Part shown: positions 1 through 10,682 of the stretch, in pieces
How the letters are laid out: each line of letters opens with the position of its first letter
Position numbering within the stretch: the first letter of the stretch is position 1
NCBI GenBank assembly: GCA_051546255.1
Contig: CP128820.1
Coordinates: 930,001-994,000, forward strand
Length of the DNA stretch: 64,000 nt
From: Meyerozyma guilliermondii
Taxonomy: Eukaryota
Reading direction: 5' to 3'
Translations under genes and position numbers: made by a program
Notes under the pieces: model-generated
The model's input: only the letters and a program-made list of their open reading frames with translations
Databases searched by the model: none
Told to the model about the DNA's origin: nothing

Positions 1-6
1 AACAAC

Positions 7-1083
7 ATGAGTGGATTACAAAACTCTAAGACCACCATAGAGGGCCCAGTTTTGGTCACAGGTGCTACAGGCTATGTTGCGGGATGGATAGTCAAGGAAT
101 TACTAGAAGCTGGCGTTACTGTACATGCAGCCGTTCGAGATGCTTCTAACAAAGAGAAGCTTCGCCATCTTGATGAGTTGAGCGATAAATACAATGGTCA
201 ATTGAAGTATTTTGAAGCCGACTTGTTGAAAAATGGCTCTTTTGCGGAAGCGATGAAAGGCTGCAAAATTGTCTTTCACACCGCTTCTCCCTTTACCTCC
301 AACTTCAAGGACCCACAAAAGGATCTCGTTGACCCTGCTAAGAAAGGTACCCAGAACGTATTGGAAACAGCGAACGAAACAGAAGCGGTGACCAAAGTTG
401 TATTGACAAGTAGCGTTGTTGCTATGTACGGTGATAATAAGGACTTGGCATCACTTCCCAATGGAACCATGGACGAATCTGTTTGGAATACAACTTCCAC
501 CTTACAAACTAATCCCTACGCCTACTCCAAAACTGTGGCAGAGAAATTGGCATGGGAGATCTACGAGAAGCAAAGCCAATGGGAGCTCGTTGTGCTCAAC
601 CCAGCTCTTGTCATGGGACCAGGTTTGAACTCCAACGCTACTTCTGAAAGCTACCAGTACATCAAGTCGTACGGAAATGGACTGATGAAAACAGGAGTTC
701 CAAAGATAGGCTTGGGAATAGTAGATGTGAGAGATGTTGCCGTAGCCCATGTCAAAGCTGCCTCAGTTCCTTCTGCACGAGGTCGCTACATTATTAGTGG
801 CCACAATACCACTCTCTTGGAAATTGGAAAGCTGTTGGCTCCAGAATACAAAGCTTATCCTCTTCCCACGAGAGAATTGCCCAAATTCATGGTATGGTTA
901 GTTGGTCCTTTTTTCGACAAAACTTTGACAAGAAGGTTTGTTACTGCGAATGCTAACTATCTCTGGAAGGCAGACAACTCAAAAAGTATCAAAGAGTTGG
1001 GCGTCAACTACAGACCACTCAAAACCACAGTGTGTGAATTCTTCCAGCACTTGATAGACGAAAAGCTGTTACCTGTGAAATAA
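7..1083 (+). CDS. NAD(P)-dependent epimerase/dehydratase family (aldehyde reductase/dihydroflavonol-reductase-like extended SDR)
   Basis: 358-aa ORF with TGATGYVA Rossmann motif, FHTASP, LTSS and catalytic YAYSK (YxxxK). Confidence 0.88.
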   Translation: MSGLQNSKTTIEGPVLVTGATGYVAGWIVKELLEAGVTVHAAVRDASNKEKLRHLDELSDKYNGQLKYFEADLLKNGSFAEAMKGCKIVFHTASPFTSNFKDPQKDLVDPAKKGTQNVLETANETEAVTKVVLTSSVVAMYGDNKDLASLPNGTMDESVWNTTSTLQTNPYAYSKTVAEKLAWEIYEKQSQWELVVLNPALVMGPGLNSNATSESYQYIKSYGNGLMKTGVPKIGLGIVDVRDVAVAHVKAASVPSARGRYIISGHNTTLLEIGKLLAPEYKAYPLPTRELPKFMVWLVGPFFDKTLTRRFVTANANYLWKADNSKSIKELGVNYRPLKTTVCEFFQHLIDEKLLPVK

Positions 1084-1146
1084 GAGATTCGTTCAATAAG
1101 TTAAAACATATTGCTATTCTTCGCTATTCATCGCTATTCATTGCTT

Positions 1147-1974
1147 CTACTGCTTGATAAACTCGTAAATGTCCTTGCTGACCTGGTCCTTGTGGGTGCT
1201 ACAGAGTCCATGGGACGCACCAGGATACACTTTTTCAGTAGCCTGTGGAAGAAGCTTGATAGCCGCCTCACTGGAAGGACCAGGAGGAACAATTTGGTCG
1301 TTATCACCATAACCAACCAAAGTTGGAATATCCATTTTTTTCAAGTCTTCATGTTGGTCGGTTTCTGAGAAAGCCTCCACGCAATCGTGAAGCGCTTTAA
1401 TGGACCCTTGCATTCCCTGCAACCAAAAACTATCAATTAAGCCCCCAGTGTCGGAATTATGCTCCTTAAAGCCATAAAACGATAATGCCAACTCCTTGAA
1501 GAATTTTGATCTGTCCTTCAACACATTTGCCCTAATACCGTCAAATACCTCTTTGGGAGTTCCAGAAGGATTTGCATCCGTTTTGAGCATAAGGGGAGGA
1601 ATTGCACCCAAAAGCACAGCCTTCAGAACTCTCAGAGTACCATGGCGACTAATGTATCTTGCCACTTCACCACCTCCCGTCGAGTGACCAACATGTACAG
1701 CATTTTTCAAGTCCAAATGTTTGACAAGTTCAGCCAAGTCATCGGCATACTGGTTCATATTATGACCATTCCAAGGCTGCGACGATCTTCCATGGCCTCT
1801 ACGGTCGTGAGCGACCACTCTGTACCCCTTCAGTGCCAAATAAATCATTTGGTCTTCAAAAGCATCAGAAGTCAAGGGCCAACCATGGCTGAATACTATA
1901 GGTTCTCCAGTACCCCAGTCTTTGTAGTAGAGTTCAGTTCCGTCAGAAAGTGTTAATTTTGAGCTAGTAGTCAT
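1147..1974 (-). CDS. Non-heme haloperoxidase/perhydrolase-type alpha/beta hydrolase
   Basis: [21 protein letters not shown], nucleophile GHSTGG, GDNDQ and GASHG motifs. First ATG is at 1974 (the track start at 1980 is TTG). Confidence 0.9.
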   Translation of the reverse strand: MTTSSKLTLSDGTELYYKDWGTGEPIVFSHGWPLTSDAFEDQMIYLALKGYRVVAHDRRGHGRSSQPWNGHNMNQYADDLAELVKHLDLKNAVHVGHSTGGGEVARYISRHGTLRVLKAVLLGAIPPLMLKTDANPSGTPKEVFDGIRANVLKDRSKFFKELALSFYGFKEHNSDTGGLIDSFWLQGMQGSIKALHDCVEAFSETDQHEDLKKMDIPTLVGYGDNDQIVPPGPSSEAAIKLLPQATEKVYPGASHGLCSTHKDQVSKDIYEFIKQ

Positions 1975-2248
1975 AATCAATTGACTAGCTAAATTGGAAG
2001 AGTTTAAATAGTTCGGAGTTCAATTGCTGTCCCTGCACCATTGCTACCTCCGCTCACCTGTGTGAATTCGTATACGACCCTTTGAGCGTAATGCTTACTT
2101 ATTCGATGCCTTAAATCCGCAACGTGCATACGGTATCTGTATTCGCGATTGTAGCAATCGTATTCAATTACAAAGAATGGCAGAGAATAGTATATTATTC
2201 AGCATTATTTAAGGGACTGAGCAGAACTCGTTTCACCACCAACCTACA

Positions 2249-3478
2249 ATGACAGTGAACAGAGGAGCAGTGATAACTGGCTCGAGAAACTTGGATAATC
2301 TTGTATCTATCAAAGAGACACCTTACCCCACATTAGAAGATGATATGATCATTGTGAAAACGGTGGCGTATGCTGTCAATCCCACCGACTGGAAACATAT
2401 TCTTCCGGAACTGTTCGTATCACACTTGACAACCAACATTTTCAAAAAGTTTGCTTTTGGTATTTACCCACTTGAATGTCTTTTTGGTTATGTTGGTTCC
2501 AATGTGGGGTACTACTTTGGTAAAACTGGCACATATTTTTCTCAACGAGGTAACGTTGTGGGTTCTGATGTTAGTGGAATTGTGGAGGAAGTTGGCAAAA
2601 AGGTAACAAATTTCAAAAAGGGCGATGTAGTTGCAGCATCTCTTCATGGAGGTATTAACAAAAACGGTGGTTTTGCAGACCATGTTAAGGTTAGCCCCAA
2701 TGGTGCTATTAAGCTCTCGCTGTTACTGTTGCTGGAGACTCCACTTGAGCCCGGCAAGTATCCAGGCTCACAAATTAATTCGTTTGAAGCCGCCGCTGCT
2801 TTACCTGTGGGTCTCAAAACTGCCGGAATGAGTTTTCACTATAATCTTGGAATTCCTCCCCGTAAAGAAGAAAACGAAGACGATTATCTTTTGATTTGGG
2901 GAGGTGCAACTGCCACGGGAATGTTGGCCATCCAGGTTGCCAAATTGGTCTATGGTATCAAAGTGATTACCACCGCTTCCAAGAGGCACCACGACGCATT
3001 GAAGCAGTTGGGTGCTGACAAGACATTCGATTACAACGATTCCGACGTAATTGAGCAATTGAAGAGAGCTGGTGGAAACAGAATCAAATACGCTTTGGAT
3101 TGTGTTTCGTCTGCGCAAACATTTCAATCGGTTTACGATGCCACTGAAGGCGCCGAGTATGCGCACATCGATAATCTTTTGTTCTTGGATGAAAAATCAA
3201 TAAAAACCAAGAAAGGACGCAAAGTCAAGTTTGCTCACACGGATGGGTATATCATCGATGGCAGAGTACATTTTGGTGCCAAGGCTTCGCCAGAAATGAT
3301 GGAAGCATTTTCTGATTTCTGGAACTCGCACCTTCCTTCGATCTTGGGAAAAATCAAGACAGCGCCATTGGAGGTGTTGCCCAGGGGCCTCAAGTCCGCA
3401 AATGAGGGTTTGAAGTTGTTGGTGGAGAATAAAGTCAACGGAAGAAAGGTGGTGTTCAGAAACGACCACGAACTATAA
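2249..3478 (+). CDS. MDR-family enoyl/quinone reductase-like protein (ToxD/YNL134C-like)
   Basis: AVNPTDWKH, GSDVSGIV, LIWGGATATG, GADKTFDY and C-terminal GRKVV motifs. Confidence 0.85.
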   Translation: MTVNRGAVITGSRNLDNLVSIKETPYPTLEDDMIIVKTVAYAVNPTDWKHILPELFVSHLTTNIFKKFAFGIYPLECLFGYVGSNVGYYFGKTGTYFSQRGNVVGSDVSGIVEEVGKKVTNFKKGDVVAASLHGGINKNGGFADHVKVSPNGAIKLSLLLLLETPLEPGKYPGSQINSFEAAAALPVGLKTAGMSFHYNLGIPPRKEENEDDYLLIWGGATATGMLAIQVAKLVYGIKVITTASKRHHDALKQLGADKTFDYNDSDVIEQLKRAGGNRIKYALDCVSSAQTFQSVYDATEGAEYAHIDNLLFLDEKSIKTKKGRKVKFAHTDGYIIDGRVHFGAKASPEMMEAFSDFWNSHLPSILGKIKTAPLEVLPRGLKSANEGLKLLVENKVNGRKVVFRNDHEL

Positions 3479-3678
3479 ACCTCGCAAAAAAAGAACCTCA
3501 CAAAAAAAGTGCAACGACTGATCTTATGCTGTTTATTCTTTAATCGATTTATATTTTGATTTCCTGTAATTATAGAACCAATTAAATCTGTTGCAATTTG
3601 CAGCCAGCCTGCATCCTGCGCGCCGCACGTGCCGAGGCTATTCGGATTCCCCAGATGGAATTTTGATAATTCGAATTT

Positions 3679-4308
3679 ATGATACAAAACGGTGAAGACA
3701 TGACTTTGGATTCCTACGAGGCTGCTATAGCACCCGTTTTGGCTCGGTACTACCAGAAGCGAGACCATCATTTGTCCCAGAATATAGGAAAGTGGGAACA
3801 AGAAGCATTAAAACCAGAGCTCACTGGCCATACTCTCACCGGAACCGGCAAAGTTAACTTGAGATCCGAGTCTATTTATCTTATCGACGACCACTTCATT
3901 AAAGATTACGACGATATTGAGAGCATCAAGGAAGGGGAATCAAACCACTCGTATACATTTTTCCATTTGGGACCCAAGTTAAGTGGACATAAAGGCATCG
4001 TTCATGGAGGGTTCTTGGCAACAATTTTGGACGAGTTGACTTGTCGCTTAGCATTCCAAAACTTTCATTCCAAGAAAGGAGTCACTGCCAACTTGAACAT
4101 AAACTATAAACAGCCTTGTTTTGTGGATAATTATGTACTTGTTCGTTGTGAGTTGATCAGCAAACAGGGCAGAAAGTGCCGGGTAAAGGGTACGGTTTAC
4201 AAGGTCAATTTAGAGGATCAAGACATAGAAACCAAGGAGAACTTGCTATGTGAATGCGAGTGTTTGGTGATTGAACCAAAGTGGGTAGACCAGCTCAAGG
4301 GTCATTAG
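3679..4308 (+). CDS. PaaI/hot-dog-fold thioesterase
   Basis: GHKGIVHGGFLATILDE and GVTANLNINYKQP motifs. The true start may be the ATG at 3700. Confidence 0.82.
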   Translation: MIQNGEDMTLDSYEAAIAPVLARYYQKRDHHLSQNIGKWEQEALKPELTGHTLTGTGKVNLRSESIYLIDDHFIKDYDDIESIKEGESNHSYTFFHLGPKLSGHKGIVHGGFLATILDELTCRLAFQNFHSKKGVTANLNINYKQPCFVDNYVLVRCELISKQGRKCRVKGTVYKVNLEDQDIETKENLLCECECLVIEPKWVDQLKGH

Positions 4309-4379
4309 ACATAAGTCAATTATTTCATACATTCTTTCGAAAACTGTCAAGAACAAACCTGCTCTTTTCTAGTCTCTTT

Positions 4380-6338
4380 CTACTCTATGCTATCCGTTCC
4401 CTTGGCTCGACCCTGTCCTATTTCCATTTTGGCGCTCTTGGCTCCAAATTGAATTGCCCTTTTCAACTCGTCAGCGACCCAGTTCAATTCAAGCTTTACA
4501 GCTAGTTGCCTGAGTATGTACTTCCGGACCGGAACCTTGACTCGTTTGGAACCTTTTTTTGTCTTTCTGGTCTCCCAGCTATAATGCAATTTGAGATGAG
4601 GTGGTATCTCGTTGGTGACAAACTTCACCACTTCCTCATCAAGGTATGGATACCGCAACTCCTTACCCCAGCATGAAATGACTCTGTCGTCTCGCCCCAA
4701 GTTTCGAGACTCGATAACTTTTATATCGTGAAGAAGCAGCTCATTCAACTTGGTATAAGCTTCAATCACATCTTCCAAACTAGAGTCTTCTTCGAGACCA
4801 TTAAGAACCGCTTCGTGCCTCGAATAGCCTGCAAACGTCTCATCTGCTCCCAAACCGGAAAATAGAACCTTGGCATTGGAAACATAGTCTTCTTGCACCG
4901 TAGCGTAATTGGGCTCATTATTACAGAATTCACTCCATTCCACCAGCTTGTCTCTGAGCTCCCATTTTCTTGCAGGACCCCCTCGACTGGCAAAGTAGAA
5001 AGCAATTGCAATCGATAGGTCCATTTCGGTTCTCGCTGGGTACATCAAGTCCTTTACAACTTGGCGATGAGCCAACCACTCTTTGTAGCTGACATTGACT
5101 TCTACTAATCGAAACCGAGACAGTGGAGAGTCAAAGAGTTTGGCTAGATGAAACCACGATTTCTTACTCAACATTCTATCGGGAGACTCATGAGCTCCCA
5201 AACCGGTTCTTGGATTCTCAAACCCAACAGTGAGCAAATCTATATGGCCACTTCCCTCAGTCAAAATCCGGTTCTTGGCTATAAGTCCCGCTAAAACGGT
5301 ACAGTCGAGACCTCCGGAGAACAAGATTGCCAAGTTGGCTTCTTCTGCTTGTGCGTGTAGTGGGTGGATGGTTCTTTGGCGCTTGGCGCAGGCTTTATCG
5401 AGAACAGTTTCGAGACCGACGACTGTCGATATTTCTTGCTTGTTCATGGAAAGGTCAAGGTTAGGTTTCAACATGCTGAAATAGTCGTTAGTACGAGAAA
5501 TGGATACCACCCTAAAGTTTTTCATCGAGAAAACATGAACAGCTTTACTCTCACATTCTTTAAAACCGTCGTCTGCAACTGAACTCAAGATAAATTCTCC
5601 ACTTTCACTATTATGACGAAATGCCAACGACCGTCGACCAAGGATATCTCTACAAAAGTATATCTTTTGGGTTTCTGGGTCATAAATGGATAATGCAAAT
5701 TCTCCTTCAAGAGTCTCAATGGTATGGAGAATTCCCTTCTCTCTTCCAATTTTCTCCATGTTCTTCTTTAATAACTCACGCAAAAACTCTGTATCGTTAC
5801 ACAGCATACACTCAGCGTTGTAGAGCTCTCCATTGAACTGGACCAGCAAATTCAGGACGTGAGCTGGTTGTGGAGTAAATGGGCTTCTTAGTGACAAGAC
5901 TGAAGAAAAGGTCTGAATTGTCAAATTTTCCTTTTCATGCTGCTCGTAAGCCACATAGTTGGGTCCTCTCCTGGCTACCAAAGGCACAAGTGACTCAAAA
6001 ACGTCGTCTTGTTTGCTTTTTGTTTCACTTACTACAACCTCAAAATCGCCGTGAAGTTTTGCAATTTCGTTCTGTATTGAAATTATTTTTTGATTAAACT
6101 CTTCCGTTTGTTTTATCTGGTTCTTGGCACTGTTCAACTGGAGCTGAAGCTCTTTCAACCTCGCAATATTGTTCAATTTGCTTTCATCGGCCATAGAAAG
6201 CTGTACATTCAAAGACGGCTGAATAAAGTTGGAGAATATAAATTCTTCGTCCAGACATGTCCATGAGGTGTTTGAGGTACTGGTGAATATATGGGGAGCA
6301 GGAGGGTTGTGTGACACCCGTAGGAGAATGCCACACAT
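4380..6338 (-). CDS. Asparagine synthetase domain-containing protein (ASNSD1/YML096W-like)
   Basis: N-terminal MCGI (Ntn), RRGP, FNGELY, RDILGRRSL, LFSGGLDC, SGLGADETFAGYSRH, NLGRDDR and KRAIQFG motifs. Confidence 0.9.
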   Translation of the reverse strand: MCGILLRVSHNPPAPHIFTSTSNTSWTCLDEEFIFSNFIQPSLNVQLSMADESKLNNIARLKELQLQLNSAKNQIKQTEEFNQKIISIQNEIAKLHGDFEVVVSETKSKQDDVFESLVPLVARRGPNYVAYEQHEKENLTIQTFSSVLSLRSPFTPQPAHVLNLLVQFNGELYNAECMLCNDTEFLRELLKKNMEKIGREKGILHTIETLEGEFALSIYDPETQKIYFCRDILGRRSLAFRHNSESGEFILSSVADDGFKECESKAVHVFSMKNFRVVSISRTNDYFSMLKPNLDLSMNKQEISTVVGLETVLDKACAKRQRTIHPLHAQAEEANLAILFSGGLDCTVLAGLIAKNRILTEGSGHIDLLTVGFENPRTGLGAHESPDRMLSKKSWFHLAKLFDSPLSRFRLVEVNVSYKEWLAHRQVVKDLMYPARTEMDLSIAIAFYFASRGGPARKWELRDKLVEWSEFCNNEPNYATVQEDYVSNAKVLFSGLGADETFAGYSRHEAVLNGLEEDSSLEDVIEAYTKLNELLLHDIKVIESRNLGRDDRVISCWGKELRYPYLDEEVVKFVTNEIPPHLKLHYSWETRKTKKGSKRVKVPVRKYILRQLAVKLELNWVADELKRAIQFGAKSAKMEIGQGRAKGTDSIE

Positions 6339-6431
6339 TTTTGGTGGATTTTGGAGGAAACCGCTTTTAGGTAAACCACTCTACCTTTAAATCTGTCAAA
6401 AATGCGATGCGGGTGCAAAAGTGAGAAGCTT

Positions 6432-6476
6432 GAGAGAAGGCAGCTTAAGAGAAGGCAGCTGGAGAGAAGGCAGCGG
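6432..6476. repeat. 15-bp tandem repeat (GAGAGAAGGCAGC core) x3
   Basis: Read directly in the intergenic spacer. Confidence 0.8.
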
Positions 6477-6535
6477 AGAAAAGGCATATAAAAGTCGTTT
6501 ATCATCTAATTACATGATTCATTAAATCATAGACC

Positions 6536-7477
6536 CTACTCAACATTGATAATTCCTTTGCCGTGGTGCTTGAGAAATTCAATGAGGTCCTTGTTATAGT
6601 ATTTTTCCACAACCTGCTTGTGGTTAGCAATAGGCTGTCCGCCAATGAACACCCGAGGGATGTCTACCACTTCGTCGTCTTCATTTTCGGAAGTATGCAT
6701 CGAGTAGCTCTGCAAATAATGTACAATTTCGTTATGATGGGGATGTTTAGCAAGATCCACTACCCGAGGTTCTGGAGTAATGTGGAGAAATCCAAGCATG
6801 ATCTCCATCACCTGGCTCTCGAGTTTGTTGTCGTGGAGCGATTCTTGGTCTTGTGGTGAGTCCGAGTCATCAACTTCCAGCGAAGCGGGAGCAGAACTGG
6901 AGCTGAGAATAACAATAGGGGACACAGAAAGGATCTCCAACAAGTCCCCTTGTGGGTTGATTGTGTCGGGAGTTTCCGGCATGGTCGTTAATGCCTCCTG
7001 GGCAGCACGATCCAAGCTAGAGACAGGTGCACCCAACGCACTAACTGGAGGTTGTTGGCCGGGAGCCACTGCGATATCCGGGCTATTTTTTTTGTTGTGG
7101 TCATCCAATTTCCACAATTCGTCGTCTGCATTGGAGCCAGACGCACCTATAGCAGCCATATTTATGAGCTGGACTTCACTGCTGGGTTGAGTTTCATGGT
7201 GGTTTACAAATGGTTTCATGATGGCCGCAAATACCCCATTTTCCCCGAGGTTATCCCTCAGCAACAAAAAATTAATAAAGGTTGCTACGCAAAGGACGTA
7301 CACCAACACCATGATAACCGATCCCAACACGTCTTTCTTGGGTTTCATACGTTTTGCGTCGGCTTCATCAACATCGGCGTATTTTTCGATATCTGTCAGA
7401 AATGATTTTTGTGGACTGGGAGAGGATATAGCACTGATGCTGGATGCCCTCCGTTGGTGAGACTTGCCTAACATCAT
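6536..7477 (-). CDS. Type II membrane protein with a C-terminal glutaredoxin-like domain (Grx6/Grx7-like, lacking the CPYS motif)
   Basis: Single N-proximal TM segment. LSVSPIVILS, VDLAKHPH and IPRVFIGG resemble Grx6/7 fold motifs. Confidence 0.6.
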   Translation of the reverse strand: MMLGKSHQRRASSISAISSPSPQKSFLTDIEKYADVDEADAKRMKPKKDVLGSVIMVLVYVLCVATFINFLLLRDNLGENGVFAAIMKPFVNHHETQPSSEVQLINMAAIGASGSNADDELWKLDDHNKKNSPDIAVAPGQQPPVSALGAPVSSLDRAAQEALTTMPETPDTINPQGDLLEILSVSPIVILSSSSAPASLEVDDSDSPQDQESLHDNKLESQVMEIMLGFLHITPEPRVVDLAKHPHHNEIVHYLQSYSMHTSENEDDEVVDIPRVFIGGQPIANHKQVVEKYYNKDLIEFLKHHGKGIINVE

Positions 7478-8168
7478 TACAATTCAAAAATCAAAAAAAA
7501 AATGCGTCACTGAAGTGACGGGGTTTAAGGTTTTTATATTTCGCTACCCATTTGTGCCTGCGGGCGTTTGCGCGGTCCAGACGCCTAAGAAGTCGCGGAT
7601 TTCCCCAGGATTGTTCGGCTGTGCGCCCCACCACCGGCAGGACATGTGCGGCGCCTGCGGCATGGGCGATGGGACAAAGGTGAGACGACGTGAGACGAAG
7701 GGGTTGGAACACGAAACAGAAGCGGAACAAATGCGGAACAAATGCAAAACAGATGCTAAACTGGTGCGGAACAGTGATCCGGTTTGACCGGTAGGCACTA
7801 ATTTCCGATCCACCCCGGAAATTTATCGGTCTATCCCTTCTGTTTCCCACGCGTCGTGCGTGCGGCGCCTACGGTCTGGATGTAGGCCAATGATTTCCCT
7901 TTATGGAAGCCTCTCGCACGAGAGGCCGATGTCACTATTGACAGTGCGCCGTCCGACGCAGAGCCGCTTGCGGGGATCGTGATACGATTTCATCTGCCGC
8001 AAACGTCTGCAAGCCTCTGCAAACGACTACAAACTGCTGCAAACTACTACTGACTTACTGTACAGTGCAAATAATAAGAACCTCACATGATTTATTATCG
8101 TGTCGCAGGCACGGTAGGCAGTGCTAGGCTTAGGACCCACTACGGTGCACCCACACGTTCATAGTATA

Positions 8169-10682
8169 TTATATAAGACTATCGTCCATCTTTTGTTTTC
8201 CCGTCGAGTTGGGTGTCAAGACCAGTCCCGTGAAACCGGGCGGTGGGTTTCTGGGCGTGGGCGCGAGCGGAACCTGAGTGCTCCAGCCGTTAATTTGCGG
8301 TATTTGCGGTGGTTGCGATTGGACTTGCAGTTGAATTTGCGGCTGATTCGCAGCCATTTCTGTGCGAACACCGGCCTGCTGAAAACTGTCAAATTCATCA
8401 TCTTCAAACTGTTTGTGGTTGTTCCATTTCTCCTCTACCTTGTTCACCAAGTTGCTGTGTGCACTTGTAGCTCCAAATCGTAATGGAATCGCGGCATCGT
8501 TGGCCAATGGCTTGGGAACCAATGGCTTGGACACCACCTTGGGCTTTGGCTTGGGACGAGGTTTCAATGCATAGTCATCTTCTTTGTTCGGTTTTCGAGT
8601 CTGCTTGGCACTAGTTTCTGTCCGCTTCGTTGGGAGCATAACGCCAGACAGAGGCGCCTTTGTCATTGCTTCTTGGTTATTTCTATTGATGTTCTCGGTG
8701 TTGATCATCGACTCAAAATCTGGGGTTGCAGACTCAGTATGGTAGGTCTTGGAAACGGTGTCAGGAAGAGTGCTCATTTTCTTGTCAATGGCGCTCTTTT
8801 GTATGGTATTGATCACACGCATAAAATGGTTAAATTCCACCTTGGAACAGTCGTTACAGTCGAATGCCAACTTCCAACATTGTGGAAGAATCGTCTCGAT
8901 AACCGGTGTAGTATCGAGGCCAATATGCTCGCTCGCACAGATCTCGCCAAATAATGCAAGCACATCCTTAATGATCCGTTTATCTCTGCTCTTTAATTTC
9001 TTCAAAATGGGCAATAACTGCTCGGTAACTATGGTTTTGTCTATGACTTTATCCTGAAGATACTTGAGAAAAACGTCGATGGTTGCAAGCTTGGTTGAAA
9101 GAACTGTGGTTGTTTTGAAAACCTGACAAAGTAGCGGGAAAAATGTGTTTTTGAGGTATGGGAAATCAAACTTTTTGACAAACAAAGGCAGCTGTGCCAA
9201 AAAAGTATCCTGCAATAAAATCTGTTGTTCTTTGTGAACAGCCTCTGTTGATGACGATGTTAAAAAGAGCTCAGCACTCATGCTCAACGTATCTGTCAAT
9301 TGGCGGTCGTTGAGTTTGGACTGAATAATGGGTATATTTTCCACTATGGTGAGCCGCGCCTTGACGGTGTAGTTTAACAATTTTGCAAAGGTAGTTTTGT
9401 CCTGCTTCTTCGATTTCAGACCACCTTTGAGAAGCGATTCGTATATCTTGTCGTGGAAAGAAAGAGACGATAACGACTCTCCGATTTTAAAGACAATCTT
9501 CAATGCATTTGCAACAAGCTCATCGGTTTCCGTCTTATCGTTTGGAATGTTGACCTCTGTTGCTATCAAGTCTATGACAATGGGTAAAAGCTTTGATGTC
9601 CTGAACATCGCTGGAAACTGAGAAAGAAGGTTTTGGTTTGAAGAGCCTTCAAGAAGACCGGCCAAGAACACCCTTTTCTCATCAGCCAGTTTGGTCGAAA
9701 ACTCGTCAATTATCCACATGGCCTTGATCAAGCTTCCATTGAAGAAGTCCGAGTCGATGAACTGGTCTATGGATGGCCGGTCATGGGGATATCGTGCTAA
9801 AAGACCAGTGAGAATGGTATAAAATTGTTCGGGAATTTGCTTCAACAAGTACTTTAATTCAGATGGTCTGTGATTGTAGAACTTTTGCTCAAACTTTTTG
9901 AACTCTGTTTTGTAGTCCGAGATGCTGTTGGGGTCAAAGCAGCTGATGAGCTGGTCGCCGCCGTTGTATAAATAGTAGCATAGGCATCCAAGCGACCACA
10001 AATCGTTGGCTGTGTCGAGTTTCAGAGTCAGGCTTATCAAGAGCTCTGGAGCCGTGTAATTGAGGTTTAGGTTTGCAAACGGCACGATGGACGCATTGTT
10101 CATGATAAAGAAGTTTTCACGGTCTTCTGGAGAGAGGTCGTTCAAGTTCTGCGAGAACCTGAACCCGGCTATTTTCCAGTCTCCTTGGGTATTAATGAAC
10201 ACAGACGAAGGTTGAAGGTTGAAATGTACTACATGGCACTGGTTGTGCAAAAATTGGAGCCCCTTGGATACCTGAAGCAAACCTTTCTGGATAGTGATGT
10301 CATCTAGTTTGGATACTTGGATAGTGAGAAGCGAGTCCACCACTTGCTCAGAAGCAAATATAAGTTTCAGTTTTGTTTCCTCCAAAACCTCGTAGATGGT
10401 CAAGATCTGTGGGTGTCGTAACTTGGACATTTGGCTCACCTCGTACTTGAGTAGTTCGATACTTTCACTGGCAATGAGTTTTGGATTTTTTGTATTCAGC
10501 CTTGACGAGCATAGTTTCGTCACCCGCTGCTCAAACTTGGACTTGTCGAAGATGTACACGGAAACATGTTTTCCGTTGGATTTGTGCTTGGCAGGATACA
10601 CGTACCACGGTTCAGCGACGAAAGAAGGATTGTCCAGCACCGAGTAGACGGCACGAATCCCGGTAGAAAAGCCAAAGACCAT
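8169..10682 (-). CDS. SCY1: SCY1 kinase-like protein
   Basis: SVYIFDK, KLRHPQIL, IQKGLLQVSKGLQFLH, GDWKIAGF and YTAPE motifs, followed by a helical-repeat region and a disordered tail. Confidence 0.9.
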   Translation of the reverse strand: MVFGFSTGIRAVYSVLDNPSFVAEPWYVYPAKHKSNGKHVSVYIFDKSKFEQRVTKLCSSRLNTKNPKLIASESIELLKYEVSQMSKLRHPQILTIYEVLEETKLKLIFASEQVVDSLLTIQVSKLDDITIQKGLLQVSKGLQFLHNQCHVVHFNLQPSSVFINTQGDWKIAGFRFSQNLNDLSPEDRENFFIMNNASIVPFANLNLNYTAPELLISLTLKLDTANDLWSLGCLCYYLYNGGDQLISCFDPNSISDYKTEFKKFEQKFYNHRPSELKYLLKQIPEQFYTILTGLLARYPHDRPSIDQFIDSDFFNGSLIKAMWIIDEFSTKLADEKRVFLAGLLEGSSNQNLLSQFPAMFRTSKLLPIVIDLIATEVNIPNDKTETDELVANALKIVFKIGESLSSLSFHDKIYESLLKGGLKSKKQDKTTFAKLLNYTVKARLTIVENIPIIQSKLNDRQLTDTLSMSAELFLTSSSTEAVHKEQQILLQDTFLAQLPLFVKKFDFPYLKNTFFPLLCQVFKTTTVLSTKLATIDVFLKYLQDKVIDKTIVTEQLLPILKKLKSRDKRIIKDVLALFGEICASEHIGLDTTPVIETILPQCWKLAFDCNDCSKVEFNHFMRVINTIQKSAIDKKMSTLPDTVSKTYHTESATPDFESMINTENINRNNQEAMTKAPLSGVMLPTKRTETSAKQTRKPNKEDDYALKPRPKPKPKVVSKPLVPKPLANDAAIPLRFGATSAHSNLVNKVEEKWNNHKQFEDDEFDSFQQAGVRTEMAANQPQIQLQVQSQPPQIPQINGWSTQVPLAPTPRNPPPGFTGLVLTPNSTGKQKMDDSLI

